A stretch of 25,341 nucleotides of DNA from a virus (IMGVR_UViG_3300048835_000020:1-25341); one strand, 5' to 3'; positions 6,557 to 15,574 are shown, counted from the first letter of the stretch. Numbers and translations: made by a program. Notes: generated from the sequence alone by a model not told the origin.

Positions 6557-7230
6557 AGGATCGTCCATCCTTTCGTTGCGTCAATGTAGGTAAGCGTAAA
6601 TGCGGCGTTGTTGTCCGAAACCGTCATATCCTCGGAGAGCCCCATGATCTTTTGGCTATTGCGTGCTACCGTGAGGTTGTAGGTAGCAAACGTCCCGGCG
6701 TAGTCGGCAACATGCACAACATCATTAGCAGAGGGCGAGGCGGGAAGCGTTAGCGTCCATGCGCCACCGGAGGTGTCGACCATGATCGCCTCGTTGGCAG
6801 CCGCGGTGTAGGTGGTGGTTTTAAGCAACCACGCTGGGCGACCGTTGCTGGTGATGATCTGCCAATTCGTCGAGTCCGCGCTCGGGTCGGTGGTGCCGCC
6901 GCCGGTCACTTTGCGGCGGTAGGTCTGACGGTCGGTCGGAGACCAGACGCAGTCGCCTTCGGTGTAGCTGGTGCCGGAGACCCATTCGTCGACGTTCGCG
7001 GCGGCCTGCGCCTGCAGCGCGGCGGCTTCGGCGGCGGCCTGGGCGGCCTCGGCATTCGTCTCGGCGGTCTCCGCGCCGGTCTTGGCGGTATTGACCTCGC
7101 CCGCCACGGTGTTGATCTCGGTGACGAGCGTCGGCAGCGCCTGGGTGAAGGCGAGCGCCTTGCTGTTATAACTCGACTGAGAATCCGTGAGGGGGTTCGG
7201 CGCGTCGGGCAGTGCGGAAATGGTAGTCAT
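6553..7230 (-). CDS. Tail fibre adaptor / proximal fibre protein
   Basis: N-terminal anchor, Ala coiled coil, a CBM5/12-like motif (WVSGTSYTEGDCV), and a C-terminal VDTSGGAWTLTLPASP...GW domain typical of fibre attachment domains. Confidence 0.7.
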   Translation of the reverse strand: MTTISALPDAPNPLTDSQSSYNSKALAFTQALPTLVTEINTVAGEVNTAKTGAETAETNAEAAQAAAEAAALQAQAAANVDEWVSGTSYTEGDCVWSPTDRQTYRRKVTGGGTTDPSADSTNWQIITSNGRPAWLLKTTTYTAAANEAIMVDTSGGAWTLTLPASPSANDVVHVADYAGTFATYNLTVARNSQKIMGLSEDMTVSDNNAAFTLTYIDATKGWTIL

Positions 7231-8276
7231 GTCGAGAGTCCTTCAACGGTGAGGCGGCATTCCGAAAACGAGGGGTAGGCGATGACGACGCCGAAGTCGG
7301 CGTAGAAACCGTAGATCAACAGCGAGTCGTAACCGTAGCGGTCGTCTCCGATCCAGACGACGGGCGTGGCGCGCACCCCGGCCAGCAGGCGGGCGACGGC
7401 GTCGACGCGGTGGCCGTCGAGCAGCACGTTATAGCGCGCGGTCTTGGCGTAGCCGCGCTCGGTGACGGTGGTGACGCCGTAGGCGTCGGTCGATTTGACA
7501 CTGTAGTCCTTGATGCCGATCTCCGGCGCGCGCAGGGTGTCGCCGATGGCGACGATGCGGCCGATGGCGAGCGTGCCGACGGCGGCATTTTCGCCCGCGT
7601 TGATGGTGATGGTGATCGCCCCGGTCGGCGGCAGGTCGTCCACCACCAGCGAGGTCTGCGGATCGAGCGGCATGAAAAAGTATTCCCACCAGCCCAGGCA
7701 CAGGCGGCGGTCTTCCATCTCGTAGGTCTCGTCGTAGATCGGGCCGCCGGAGTCGACTTCGACCTGGACGCTGGTGGCGACCAGATCGAGCAGCGCGAGG
7801 CCGTTGACGGTCTCGGCCGGGGTGAGCGTGACGACGATCGGCGACGGCGCACTGGTGATGGTGCCGACCGCCCGGTCGAAGCAGGCCCAGCGGTTCGTCG
7901 GGCCGATGTCGAGCCACCGGGTGCCGTCGTCCGTGGTCGGGTCGTGGCCGGTGTTGGCGCCCTGCACGCTCTGGTAGATGCGGTGCGTGGTGGCGGACAA
8001 CACGATGTCGTCGGCGGCGTAGGTGGTGCCGCCGGCATATGCCGAGTATGTCGTGCCGATGTTCTCCCACCAGGTCGGCGAGCTGGCCGGTGTGTTGCCG
8101 GTGTTCGAGTTCTGCAGCGAGCGCCAGGCGGTGATGACGCCGCCGACGGTGCCGGTCGAGCATTCGTCGTCCAGCGCGTAGGTCGTCCCGGCGTTGTAGG
8201 CGGCGGGCGGCGTCTCGACCACGCTGCTGGCGGTGAGCTGCGCGTCGGTGACGGCGATCGGGCCGAGGAATTTCAT
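7227..8276 (-). CDS. Distal tail (Dit-like) protein with carbohydrate-binding-like inserts
   Basis: 349 aa directly after the tape measure gene (ATGA overlap). Two Y..GTTYA.DD CBM-like repeats, GPTNRW.CFD and DYS.K.TDAYG motifs. Confidence 0.7.
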   Translation of the reverse strand: MKFLGPIAVTDAQLTASSVVETPPAAYNAGTTYALDDECSTGTVGGVITAWRSLQNSNTGNTPASSPTWWENIGTTYSAYAGGTTYAADDIVLSATTHRIYQSVQGANTGHDPTTDDGTRWLDIGPTNRWACFDRAVGTITSAPSPIVVTLTPAETVNGLALLDLVATSVQVEVDSGGPIYDETYEMEDRRLCLGWWEYFFMPLDPQTSLVVDDLPPTGAITITINAGENAAVGTLAIGRIVAIGDTLRAPEIGIKDYSVKSTDAYGVTTVTERGYAKTARYNVLLDGHRVDAVARLLAGVRATPVVWIGDDRYGYDSLLIYGFYADFGVVIAYPSFSECRLTVEGLST

Positions 8277-11200
8277 GCTGTCGTCCTCGTGTAGAGGCTG
8301 CGCCCGCCTCGGGCGGAGGAGTCGAGCACGTCCGCCGCCGTCCGGGCATGGTTGGCGATGGCGCTGTTCTCCGCGCTGTTCGCCTGGCGCAGCAGCGCGA
8401 CTTCCTGGCGCAGCAGCGCGCCTTCCGCACGCAGGGCGCGCAGCTCGGCGGCTATGTCGCCGCTGCCGAGCGCCTGGATCAGGGCGCGGTTGTCGGCGGC
8501 CGGGATGATGCGTTCTCCCTCGTGCACCAGGGCCAGTGTGTCGCGCGGGATGAAGCTGCTGCCAGCCGCGTAGGCCGGCACCTCCAGCCCGAAGGTCTGC
8601 GCGAGGCCCTGGACGGTGCGGTCGAGGCTGGCCAGGGTGCGGGCGGTGAGCAGCGCCTGCTCGACGGCGGTCGAGGCTTGCGATTTGCCCAGTTCGACCA
8701 CCGCCTGCGCGAGCGTGGGCAGTTGCCCGGCGGCGTCCTGGTTGCCGGCGCGGGCCTGCGCGGTGGCGATGGCGAATTCGGACTGCGCGCGGGCGAAGGT
8801 CTGCTCCGGCCCGAGGATGTCGCCGCGCAGGCGGCGCATGGTGTCCCAGATCGAATCGGCCACGCGCTGCCATCCGTCGCGCAGTTCCTTCTGCGCGCGG
8901 GCCTGTTCCTCGGCGGCGCGGCGGGCGGCTTCGGCGGCTTCGGCCTGCAACCGGGCGGCTTCCTCGGCGGCGCGGCGGGCGGCTTCGGCGGCTTCGGCCT
9001 GCAACCGGGCGGCTTCCTCGGCGGCGGCGCGGGCATCCTCGGCGGCCCATATCTGTTCCTTCAGCGAACGCAGCGCCTCGTCGGTGCCTTCCAGTTCCAG
9101 GGCACGACGGGCGGCGGTGGCGCCGGTCTCGTCGCCCTGCGCCTCCATGAGCTGAATCTCCAGCTCGCGCCGGGCGGCCATGTCCTGACGCCGCCAGACG
9201 GCGTTCTGCAGGTCGAGCTGGTCTTGGTCGGTGATCGAGGCGCGCACGTCCTGGCGCCGCATCTCCTTGGCCCAGTCTGGCCGGCCATAGGCCTCGGCCC
9301 ACTGGATCGACAGGCCGCGCATGGTGGCGGCCTGGGCGGCGGCGGCGTCGGCCTGGGCGGCGGCGGCGTCGGCCACCACGTCGAAGGCGGGGGCCAGCTT
9401 CAACAGGCCGGCGAACAACTCCTGCCCGGCTTCAGTCGTCAGGTCGAGCCCGTCGATGATGGCGCGGAAGGCATCATGCGTGTCCGGCATGCTCAAGCCG
9501 AGATCGCCGAAGGCTTCGGCGACGTTCTCCGTATGCGCGGCGAGGCGCTCGGCCTCGCTGTAGAATTCCTGGTAGTACGCGGCGAACTGCTGGCCGAAGG
9601 CTTCGCGCCCGCCGAAGGCGTCGGCGATGTCGGTGGCCAGCACGGCGGCGTCGAGGCTGAAATCCAGCGCCGCGCGGCCCATCAGGTCGAAGGCGTCGCG
9701 CACCGCGACGAGGTCGGAGATCAGCCGGGTGAAGGTATCGGCCAGCGATTCGCCGTCGCGGGAGAGCGCGGAGACGACCGTGTCGCCGCCAGCACCGCCG
9801 GCGTTGAGGTTGTTGATGTACGAATCCATGAACGTGCCGGACTGCGCCTGCACGATGGCTTCCCCCGCCGCCGTCTCGAAGGTGCCGATGAAGGCGCGGG
9901 CGAGCTCCTCGGCGCCCTCCACGCCGCGCACCGAGAGCAGCGTGGCGATGGCGGTGTAGGAATCCTCCAGCGAGCCGCTGAAGGCATCGGCGATCTCGTC
10001 TACCCAGCCGCCGATGGCGTCCGAGACGAGGCCAAGGCGCTTCTCGAAGTGCGCGCGCATGGCGGCCTCCGAGTAGTCCTCCATCTCGCCGGTGGTATAG
10101 CCGGCGATGCTCTGCTCGATGCGCTTGTTCTCGTCGCCCGTCAGCATGCCGCTGATGGCGTAGTCGCGCTGGGCGATGGGGGCGAAGGCGTCGCGCAGCT
10201 TGGCGACCTCGGCCTCGGTGTCGCCCATATGCTGCCCCGCGAAGCGCAGGTCGCCCCAGGGCGTTGCGAGCGGAATGCCCCAGTCCTTCGACCCCTGCGG
10301 GAACTGCGTCCACGCGGCGACGGGGGGCTTTTCCTTGCCGCCGAAGAGGTCGCCGCCGAAGAGGGAGAGCAGGCCGAGGCCGATGCCGATGTAGGGCAGC
10401 GCGGTGCCGAGGCCAGTCAGAGCGGCACCGCCGCCCCCCACAGCACCGCCGACTCCAAGCGCGGCGGCCTCTTCGAATATTCCTGGAACCAGGGCCGAGA
10501 GGCCGAGCGATTGGCCGGCGGCAGAGGTGGCAAAGTTGCCATACATCCCGCCGCCGCCAGTGAAGTTGTTCGCAAGCGAGAAGATGTTCCCCAGACCGCC
10601 GCCGCCGGCGCCGCCCTGCGTGTAGCCGAGCGCCTGACCAACGCTGCCCATCACCGGCTGCACCACCATCTGCACGGCGATCTTCAGCGCGGCGGTCTTG
10701 AGCGTGTTCTGCAGGGTCTTGACGAAGTTCTCGCCGAAGCCCTCGCCCGACTCGAAGCCGCGCATCAGGGCGTCGGTGAGGCTCTGCTCGATGTCGCGGG
10801 AGAAGTTCTCCCAGGCTTTGGCGGATTCTGCGGCGGCTTTCTTGTTGGCGTCGAGGATTTCGCGGCTCAGATAGCTGTCGCGCAGGCGGCGGCGCGCTTC
10901 GATCTCGCGGTCGATGCCGGCGACAACATCCTCCTGCCCATCAATGCCGGCGGCAATGGCGCGGCGCTCCTCCAGCCGGGAGATGATGAGGGATTCGATC
11001 TCCGACTTTGCCAGCCCGTAATAGCGGATTTCGTCCTCTGCCGCCTGCGCTTTTTTCTCTATCGAGGCGATTTCCTTTTCGCGTTCCCTCTGTGCGTTGT
11101 TCGCCGCCTTGGCCCATTCAGCATCAGCCGCCGCCGATGCCTTGACGGCATCCTGGTGGAACTTCTGCTGCGTCACCAGCAGTTCAACGGCGCGGCGATA

Positions 11201-12862
11201 GGCGTCGATGTCGCCCGTCTTGAGGTATTGCTTGTGCAGCGTGTCAAGGTCTTTCCAGAAGGACGAAGACAGGCCGGAATCCTGCGCGGTAAGCTTGTTC
11301 ATAAGCTCCGCGTATTCGTCCTTCACCGCCTTGATGCCGGCCTTCGCTTCTTTCGTCTTTTCGGTGAACTTGTCCATGACACCGGCTACGGCGGCGAGGT
11401 AGTCTTTCTGGTTCTGGCCGGTCTGCGCGGATTTTTCATACTGCGCGGTCAACTTCAGCAATTCCCGCTGCTTCTGCTCTTCCTTGGACAAATACTTGTC
11501 GCGTTCCTGCAGCAAGGCAATGCCGGCCTTTTCCTGCTCGTTGGCCCTGGCCTTGGCGGCGGCAGCATCGTCTTGCGCTTTCACCTGCGCCTTGAGCGCG
11601 GCCAGTTCGGCATCCTGTTCAGTAGTGCGATGCGCCGTGAAGAAGCCGCGCCCCTGGGCGGTTTCCAGTTCCTTGATGCGATCCTGCAAGGTCTGCTTGC
11701 GCCCGACGCCGAGCATCGCATCCCATGCGGATTTCGCCTCGCTGGCAACGCCCTTCCACAACTTTTCGATGTAGCCAAGGTTCTGTTCGATCTCTCCGGC
11801 GCGGCTGGTCAGCGCGTCCGCATAAGCCTTTTGCGCCAGCGCCGCCGCTTCCACCGTCATGCCCTGTTCTTCCAGCGCCTTGATCTGCCGGAAGATGGAT
11901 TCAGTAAGATGATTCGTCGTCTCGTTGAGCTTGAGCGAGGCGGCAACAGGCGCTTTGCCGAGTTCGGCGAACTGATCGACGGTTTCCTTCACAGCAACGC
12001 CGGCCACTTTCTGCATGCGCAGCGCGGCATCGGCAACGAGCTTGATGTTCTCGCCGGAAATCTTGCCGGTGCCGGCGGCAAGCGCGAGGGCTTCGGCGGC
12101 AGCGCCCTGCGTAGCCGCGCCGGTAGCCTTGATCTGCGACGCCATGCCGGCCAGGGCATTGGCAGACGTGCCGGCGGCATTGCCGGTGAGTATCAGTGAT
12201 TTGGCGTAGGCGTCCGCCTCTTTGCTGCCCTGGTAATAGGCCACGGCCAGGCCGCCAGCGGCGGCGGTCAACAGGGTATAGGGGTTGATGAGGCGGACAA
12301 GATAGCCGCCCATAGCCTTGGCCGCATTGCCGACGCCGCCAAACATGTCCTTCAGTTGCCCGCCCTGCTGCAGCAGAACGGTAAGCGGACGCTGGCCGGA
12401 TGCGAGGGAAGTGAATATGTCGGTGAATTGCGCCGGCACGCCACGCATGGCGAAGGCCATTTCCTTGGCGGACAGGCCGGTGCGGGCGTTGGCGCGGGCA
12501 AGGGCTTCGGCCTGCTGTTCGGCCAAGCGCAGGTCGCCGATCAGCCCGCGAAACTTGGCCGGATCGTAGCCGCGAATGCTGATGAGTTCTTCAAACTTTG
12601 CAGACCCGCCTTGTCCGAGGGAGCGCATTTCCGCCGTGGTGCGCTGGATGGCGCTGGCGATGCTGCGTTCGGCGCGCGTGAACTTCTCCGCCGCCTGTTC
12701 GCCGGCCTTGCCAGCGGCATCCATCCCCTGCCCAGCCTGCGCGCCGGCCTGCTGCACCTTCTGCGCCATCTGCGCGGCGGCATCGCCGACAGAGGCAATT
12801 TCCCGGCGTGCGTCTCCCGCGTTCGCTTCAATCTCAAGCTGGAGCTTGTGGTTATCGCTCAT
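8273..12862 (-). CDS. Tail length tape measure protein (lambda-like)
   Basis: 1529 aa, Ala-rich and helical, with the PAQFTDIFTSLASGQ.PLTVLLQQGGQLKDMFGG signature; follows the tail chaperones. Confidence 0.95.
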   Translation of the reverse strand: MSDNHKLQLEIEANAGDARREIASVGDAAAQMAQKVQQAGAQAGQGMDAAGKAGEQAAEKFTRAERSIASAIQRTTAEMRSLGQGGSAKFEELISIRGYDPAKFRGLIGDLRLAEQQAEALARANARTGLSAKEMAFAMRGVPAQFTDIFTSLASGQRPLTVLLQQGGQLKDMFGGVGNAAKAMGGYLVRLINPYTLLTAAAGGLAVAYYQGSKEADAYAKSLILTGNAAGTSANALAGMASQIKATGAATQGAAAEALALAAGTGKISGENIKLVADAALRMQKVAGVAVKETVDQFAELGKAPVAASLKLNETTNHLTESIFRQIKALEEQGMTVEAAALAQKAYADALTSRAGEIEQNLGYIEKLWKGVASEAKSAWDAMLGVGRKQTLQDRIKELETAQGRGFFTAHRTTEQDAELAALKAQVKAQDDAAAAKARANEQEKAGIALLQERDKYLSKEEQKQRELLKLTAQYEKSAQTGQNQKDYLAAVAGVMDKFTEKTKEAKAGIKAVKDEYAELMNKLTAQDSGLSSSFWKDLDTLHKQYLKTGDIDAYRRAVELLVTQQKFHQDAVKASAAADAEWAKAANNAQREREKEIASIEKKAQAAEDEIRYYGLAKSEIESLIISRLEERRAIAAGIDGQEDVVAGIDREIEARRRLRDSYLSREILDANKKAAAESAKAWENFSRDIEQSLTDALMRGFESGEGFGENFVKTLQNTLKTAALKIAVQMVVQPVMGSVGQALGYTQGGAGGGGLGNIFSLANNFTGGGGMYGNFATSAAGQSLGLSALVPGIFEEAAALGVGGAVGGGGAALTGLGTALPYIGIGLGLLSLFGGDLFGGKEKPPVAAWTQFPQGSKDWGIPLATPWGDLRFAGQHMGDTEAEVAKLRDAFAPIAQRDYAISGMLTGDENKRIEQSIAGYTTGEMEDYSEAAMRAHFEKRLGLVSDAIGGWVDEIADAFSGSLEDSYTAIATLLSVRGVEGAEELARAFIGTFETAAGEAIVQAQSGTFMDSYINNLNAGGAGGDTVVSALSRDGESLADTFTRLISDLVAVRDAFDLMGRAALDFSLDAAVLATDIADAFGGREAFGQQFAAYYQEFYSEAERLAAHTENVAEAFGDLGLSMPDTHDAFRAIIDGLDLTTEAGQELFAGLLKLAPAFDVVADAAAAQADAAAAQAATMRGLSIQWAEAYGRPDWAKEMRRQDVRASITDQDQLDLQNAVWRRQDMAARRELEIQLMEAQGDETGATAARRALELEGTDEALRSLKEQIWAAEDARAAAEEAARLQAEAAEAARRAAEEAARLQAEAAEAARRAAEEQARAQKELRDGWQRVADSIWDTMRRLRGDILGPEQTFARAQSEFAIATAQARAGNQDAAGQLPTLAQAVVELGKSQASTAVEQALLTARTLASLDRTVQGLAQTFGLEVPAYAAGSSFIPRDTLALVHEGERIIPAADNRALIQALGSGDIAAELRALRAEGALLRQEVALLRQANSAENSAIANHARTAADVLDSSARGGRSLYTRTTA
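8906..9026. repeat. Perfect 54-bp in-frame tandem repeat (~2.2 copies) in the tape measure gene
   Basis: Units start at 8906, 8960 and 9014; encodes AAEEAARLQAEAAEAARR. Confidence 0.9.
9328..9374. repeat. 21-bp in-frame tandem repeat (~2.2 copies) in the tape measure gene
   Basis: CGGCCTGGGCGGCGGCGGCGT twice; encodes ADAAAAQ. Confidence 0.8.
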
Positions 12863-12867
12863 CGCGT

Positions 12868-13155
12868 TCAGTCCTGGCGCATAGTCTCAAGCGCGGCGAT
12901 TTCCATTACGCGGATGTCCTCAAATACTTGCCACCAGTCTTCATTCTTGTACCCCTTGCGGTCGATCAGTTCAAAAACACTCTGGTAGATCAAGCCGGTT
13001 CTGCCACCCATCCCGGCGTGCCATTGCGTCATGAGTTGAGAAAAGATTTCATGCGCCGGCCAGTTTTCGGGCCAGACTTCCAGAACGGCGGCGTTGTAGT
13101 AACCGCCAAGATCGAAACCGCCGGCCCGGCTGCCTTCCTTCTTGAGCGCATACAA
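12868..13155 (-). CDS. Tail assembly chaperone, gpT-like part (DUF1799-like), likely made by frameshift
   Basis: EVWPENW...TQW...TGL.Y...IRVME.AL motif. It is in the -1 frame of the upstream gene and open from the slippery site. Confidence 0.85.
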   Translation of the reverse strand: MYALKKEGSRAGGFDLGGYYNAAVLEVWPENWPAHEIFSQLMTQWHAGMGGRTGLIYQSVFELIDRKGYKNEDWWQVFEDIRVMEIAALETMRQD

Positions 13156-13172
13156 GCCGGCGGCAGCCGCCT

Positions 13173-13559
13173 TCAGTTTCCCAGGCGACCCTCCAGCGCG
13201 GCGCTGCGGTACTTGTCCATGATTGCGGAAGCCGCAGCGGGCAACTCGTCGGCCAACTGGCGCAACGATTCAAGGGACAAGTCAACGTCCAGGTTCCACG
13301 CCGCGATGCACTTATGCAGGTAATCGGCGTTTTTGTCCCGCGTCTTCTCCATCAAATCTTTCATGGAGAATTCCTCGCCCTCGGCGCGCGGCGTCTGCCC
13401 GGCTTCCTTGTAGAGCGCGTCAATCAGTTCGCCGAATTCGCTGCGCGTTCGGTATTGATAGGTGATTTCGATGGTGCCGTCGCCGCCTTCCGGCATGGGA
13501 AAAGTGACGACAATAGGCTTGAACGTCTTCGGCCGTTGGCCGAGCTTGATGGTTGCCAT
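13173..13559 (-). CDS. Tail assembly chaperone (gpG-like)
   Basis: 128 aa from MATIKLG, ending EGRLGN; lies between the tail tube and tape measure genes. Confidence 0.9.
   Translation of the reverse strand: MATIKLGQRPKTFKPIVVTFPMPEGGDGTIEITYQYRTRSEFGELIDALYKEAGQTPRAEGEEFSMKDLMEKTRDKNADYLHKCIAAWNLDVDLSLESLRQLADELPAAASAIMDKYRSAALEGRLGN
13176..13182 (-). other. Programmed -1 ribosomal frameshift site G GGA AAC
   Basis: CTG GGA AAC TGA at the end of the gpG-like gene. The -1 frame continues K L K A A A A G L Y A L K into ORF 12868..13155. Confidence 0.85.
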
Positions 13560-13564
13560 TGATG

Positions 13565-13654
13565 GATTCCTCGCTTTTGATTCCTCGCTTGAAGGGGCGG
13601 GCCGGCGGCGCGAACGAGGAGCGCGCATTTCGGGCGTTGCCCTAGCCGGCCCGC
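13565..13654 (-). promoter_or_regulatory. Putative structured cis-regulatory RNA upstream of the tail chaperone
   Basis: A 10-bp perfect outer stem (13597-13606/13645-13654) encloses two hairpins. The loop CTCCTCG is complementary to a duplicated RBS-containing AAGCGAGGAATC. Confidence 0.55.
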
Positions 13655-13662
13655 TTGAACGC

Positions 13663-14310
13663 TTACGCTTCGTAGCTGATGGCGCGGCCGAGCAGCGAGA
13701 TCGCCGCCGAAACCGTGTTGGCCTGGTTGACGTTCAGGCTCGGCGCTTCGGACACGCTCATGTAGCCATAGCCGTAGGTGACAGAGCCGCCGGACAGAAC
13801 CATCTTGAAAGCCACCTTGGTCAAAGCGCGGCTGATGCCCAACATGGTTTTGTAGTTGGCGTTGGCCGGGTCATGGCCGAGCGTCAGCGAGATGCTGGTC
13901 GGGTTGAAGCCGGTCGGGACGTTGATGCTGTTGCGCCGGGCAATCGGGGAGATCGTGGTGAAGCGCGCATCGCCGCCCTGCGTGGCGATGGTCAATACCT
14001 GCGGTATCTCCGTCCACCCGCTGATCTTCTGCGCCGTGCCGGTGCCGGTGCCCGCGGCGTAAAAGTTGGTATCGACGGAATTCAGCCCTTCGATCTCGAA
14101 CGTGTCGGCGGTCAGTTGATCGACCTGAAACACGGTATCGGTGGCGTCTTCCCAGCCGGACGACAACAGGATTTCGTCCAGGTCGGAATAGCCGTGGGCA
14201 ACAGAGGTGGCGACGGCCGGATCGGCATTCGTCAGCGCCGTGATGGTCTTGGCGCTGGCAAACGTGGTGGAAAAGTAAAACTTGGAGCCTTCGGGGAAGA
14301 AGTAGCTCAT
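13663..14310 (-). CDS. Major tail tube protein
   Basis: 215 aa, AGGAG RBS, ALTNADPAVAT...SGW and WTEIPQV motifs; located after the tail terminator. Confidence 0.9.
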   Translation of the reverse strand: MSYFFPEGSKFYFSTTFASAKTITALTNADPAVATSVAHGYSDLDEILLSSGWEDATDTVFQVDQLTADTFEIEGLNSVDTNFYAAGTGTGTAQKISGWTEIPQVLTIATQGGDARFTTISPIARRNSINVPTGFNPTSISLTLGHDPANANYKTMLGISRALTKVAFKMVLSGGSVTYGYGYMSVSEAPSLNVNQANTVSAAISLLGRAISYEA

Positions 14311-14326
14311 TGCGGGTCTCCTAAAG

Positions 14327-14375
14327 AAAAAAACCCGCTTGCGGCGGGCGAAAAAAAAACCGCCCGAAGGCGGTT
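14327..14375 (-). terminator. Two tandem intrinsic terminator-like hairpins
   Basis: AACCGCC-TTCG-GGCGG followed by T9, then CCCGC-CGCAA-GCGGG followed by T7. Confidence 0.75.
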
Positions 14376-14393
14376 GCTTGCTCTCAGCCCGGC

Positions 14394-14750
14394 CTAGCGG
14401 CTAGACCAGATTGAAAAGTCCTGCATCGTCCCGTACCTGTCCAGGTCGGGTTCGTGGTTCGCTATCGGCGCACCTTCCGGCTTGCAGGCGAAGGCCGTCG
14501 ATGTGGTGAGGGCAGATTCAACTTGCAGGGCAAGCGCGGCGGCGGCCATGCGCGTGTCGGCCCAGCAATTCACTTGAAATAGTCCGTTCTGCTTGTCCGG
14601 TACGGCGCGGTCAATCGGCCTGATGACGCGCCCGCCGACCTGCTGGTAGGTGATATAGGGGCGCGCGGTCCCCCACGGCGCCACGTCGGGAAAGACGCGG
14701 TTTCCCACCAGCGCCTTCAGGGCGTCGAAGATGTCCGCTTCGACCGTCAT
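14394..14750 (-). CDS. Tail terminator / completion protein (DUF3168-like)
   Basis: RVFPDVAP...PYITYQQVGG...QVNCWA motifs; synteny. Confidence 0.85.
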   Translation of the reverse strand: MTVEADIFDALKALVGNRVFPDVAPWGTARPYITYQQVGGRVIRPIDRAVPDKQNGLFQVNCWADTRMAAAALALQVESALTTSTAFACKPEGAPIANHEPDLDRYGTMQDFSIWSSR

Positions 14751-15259
14751 ACATACCCCCGCGCCTTAATCGGCCCTTCATTCAGGTAGCGCATCAGTTC
14801 GGTTTCCATCGCGGCAACAGCATCGGGAAACTTGGCCATCGCCGGACGGACAAACGGACGGGCGGCGACATGGCGCGGCTGGGCGAGCGGCTTTTTCTTG
14901 TTCGTGCGCCACTTTCCATCCTTGCCCTTGTACGTCTGATAACGCTGCACATGCCCGTACTCGACAAGATGCCCATGCGGCGCCTTGATGTGATTCCAAC
15001 TGACGTGATAGGTGGCAAATCCCTTCCCGCTCTTGTCCTTGGAATAGACCTGATAGATGCTCCTGGACAGATTGCCGGAGACGACGCCGATGCGCGAAAC
15101 ATTCAGTTTCACGGCGTCATAGAGCACCTGGGCACCGGCCTGCGCCGCCGGCCGAACGGCCGCTTCTACATCGGTGGCGAGGGCGTCGAGCATGCGGCGG
15201 AAATCGGCTATCGACTTTTCCGGCGCGCGTAGGCCTATGGTGTTTTTCCCTCGGCTCAC
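14747..15259 (-). CDS. HK97 gp10-family neck/tail-completion protein
   Basis: SGNL.RSI, HLVEYG and ARPFVRPA motifs; GTG start overlapping the upstream stop. Confidence 0.85.
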   Translation of the reverse strand: MSRGKNTIGLRAPEKSIADFRRMLDALATDVEAAVRPAAQAGAQVLYDAVKLNVSRIGVVSGNLSRSIYQVYSKDKSGKGFATYHVSWNHIKAPHGHLVEYGHVQRYQTYKGKDGKWRTNKKKPLAQPRHVAARPFVRPAMAKFPDAVAAMETELMRYLNEGPIKARGYV

Positions 15260-15573
15260 TTCACCACCTCGCACACAAGGTCAACGTGCGTCTTGCGGGT
15301 TTCGTCCGGCAGCACCGCCTTGATGTCGAAGGCGGTAGAACCGTGCAGTACGCGCATGCCCGCCGTGACATCCGTTCTGCGACGGATGCGGATGCTGGCC
15401 TTGGCAACAGACACGTCGGCATCGCCCTTGATGGATTCCGCCCCGGTGTTGTAGCGGATGTTCGCCCACAGCGTCGCCACCGCGCTCCATGTCTGCACCG
15501 GCTGGCCGATGGCGTCCTGCCCGGCGGCGAGCTGCTGGATGGTGATGCGCTGGTTGAGGCGTCCGGCTTGCAT
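15256..15573 (-). CDS. Head-tail adaptor / head closure protein (SPP1 gp16-like)
   Basis: MQAGRLNQRITIQ...QDAIGQP..W..VATLWA motif. Confidence 0.9.
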   Translation of the reverse strand: MQAGRLNQRITIQQLAAGQDAIGQPVQTWSAVATLWANIRYNTGAESIKGDADVSVAKASIRIRRRTDVTAGMRVLHGSTAFDIKAVLPDETRKTHVDLVCEVVK

Positions 15574-15574
15574 G

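Noticed and set aside
4168-7230. Diversity-generating retroelement or invertase-based fibre switching
   Set aside because: No reverse transcriptase, invertase, TR/VR repeat pair or inverted fibre segments were seen in the window.
7227-9302. 691-aa ORF as listed
   Set aside because: The N-terminal half overlaps the tape measure gene out of frame. The real start is the ATG at 8276. Similar over-extended starts were trimmed for ORFs ending at 1892, 2158, 2306, 3902, 4995, 13173 and 19265.
8348-12199. 1283-aa plus-strand ORF
   Set aside because: It is the antisense shadow of the tape measure gene, caused by high-GC codon bias, and has no motifs. The same applies to the many other overlapping Arg/Pro-rich ORFs.
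13597-13654. Hammerhead ribozyme (three stems plus GAAA)
   Set aside because: The CUGANGA core is absent.
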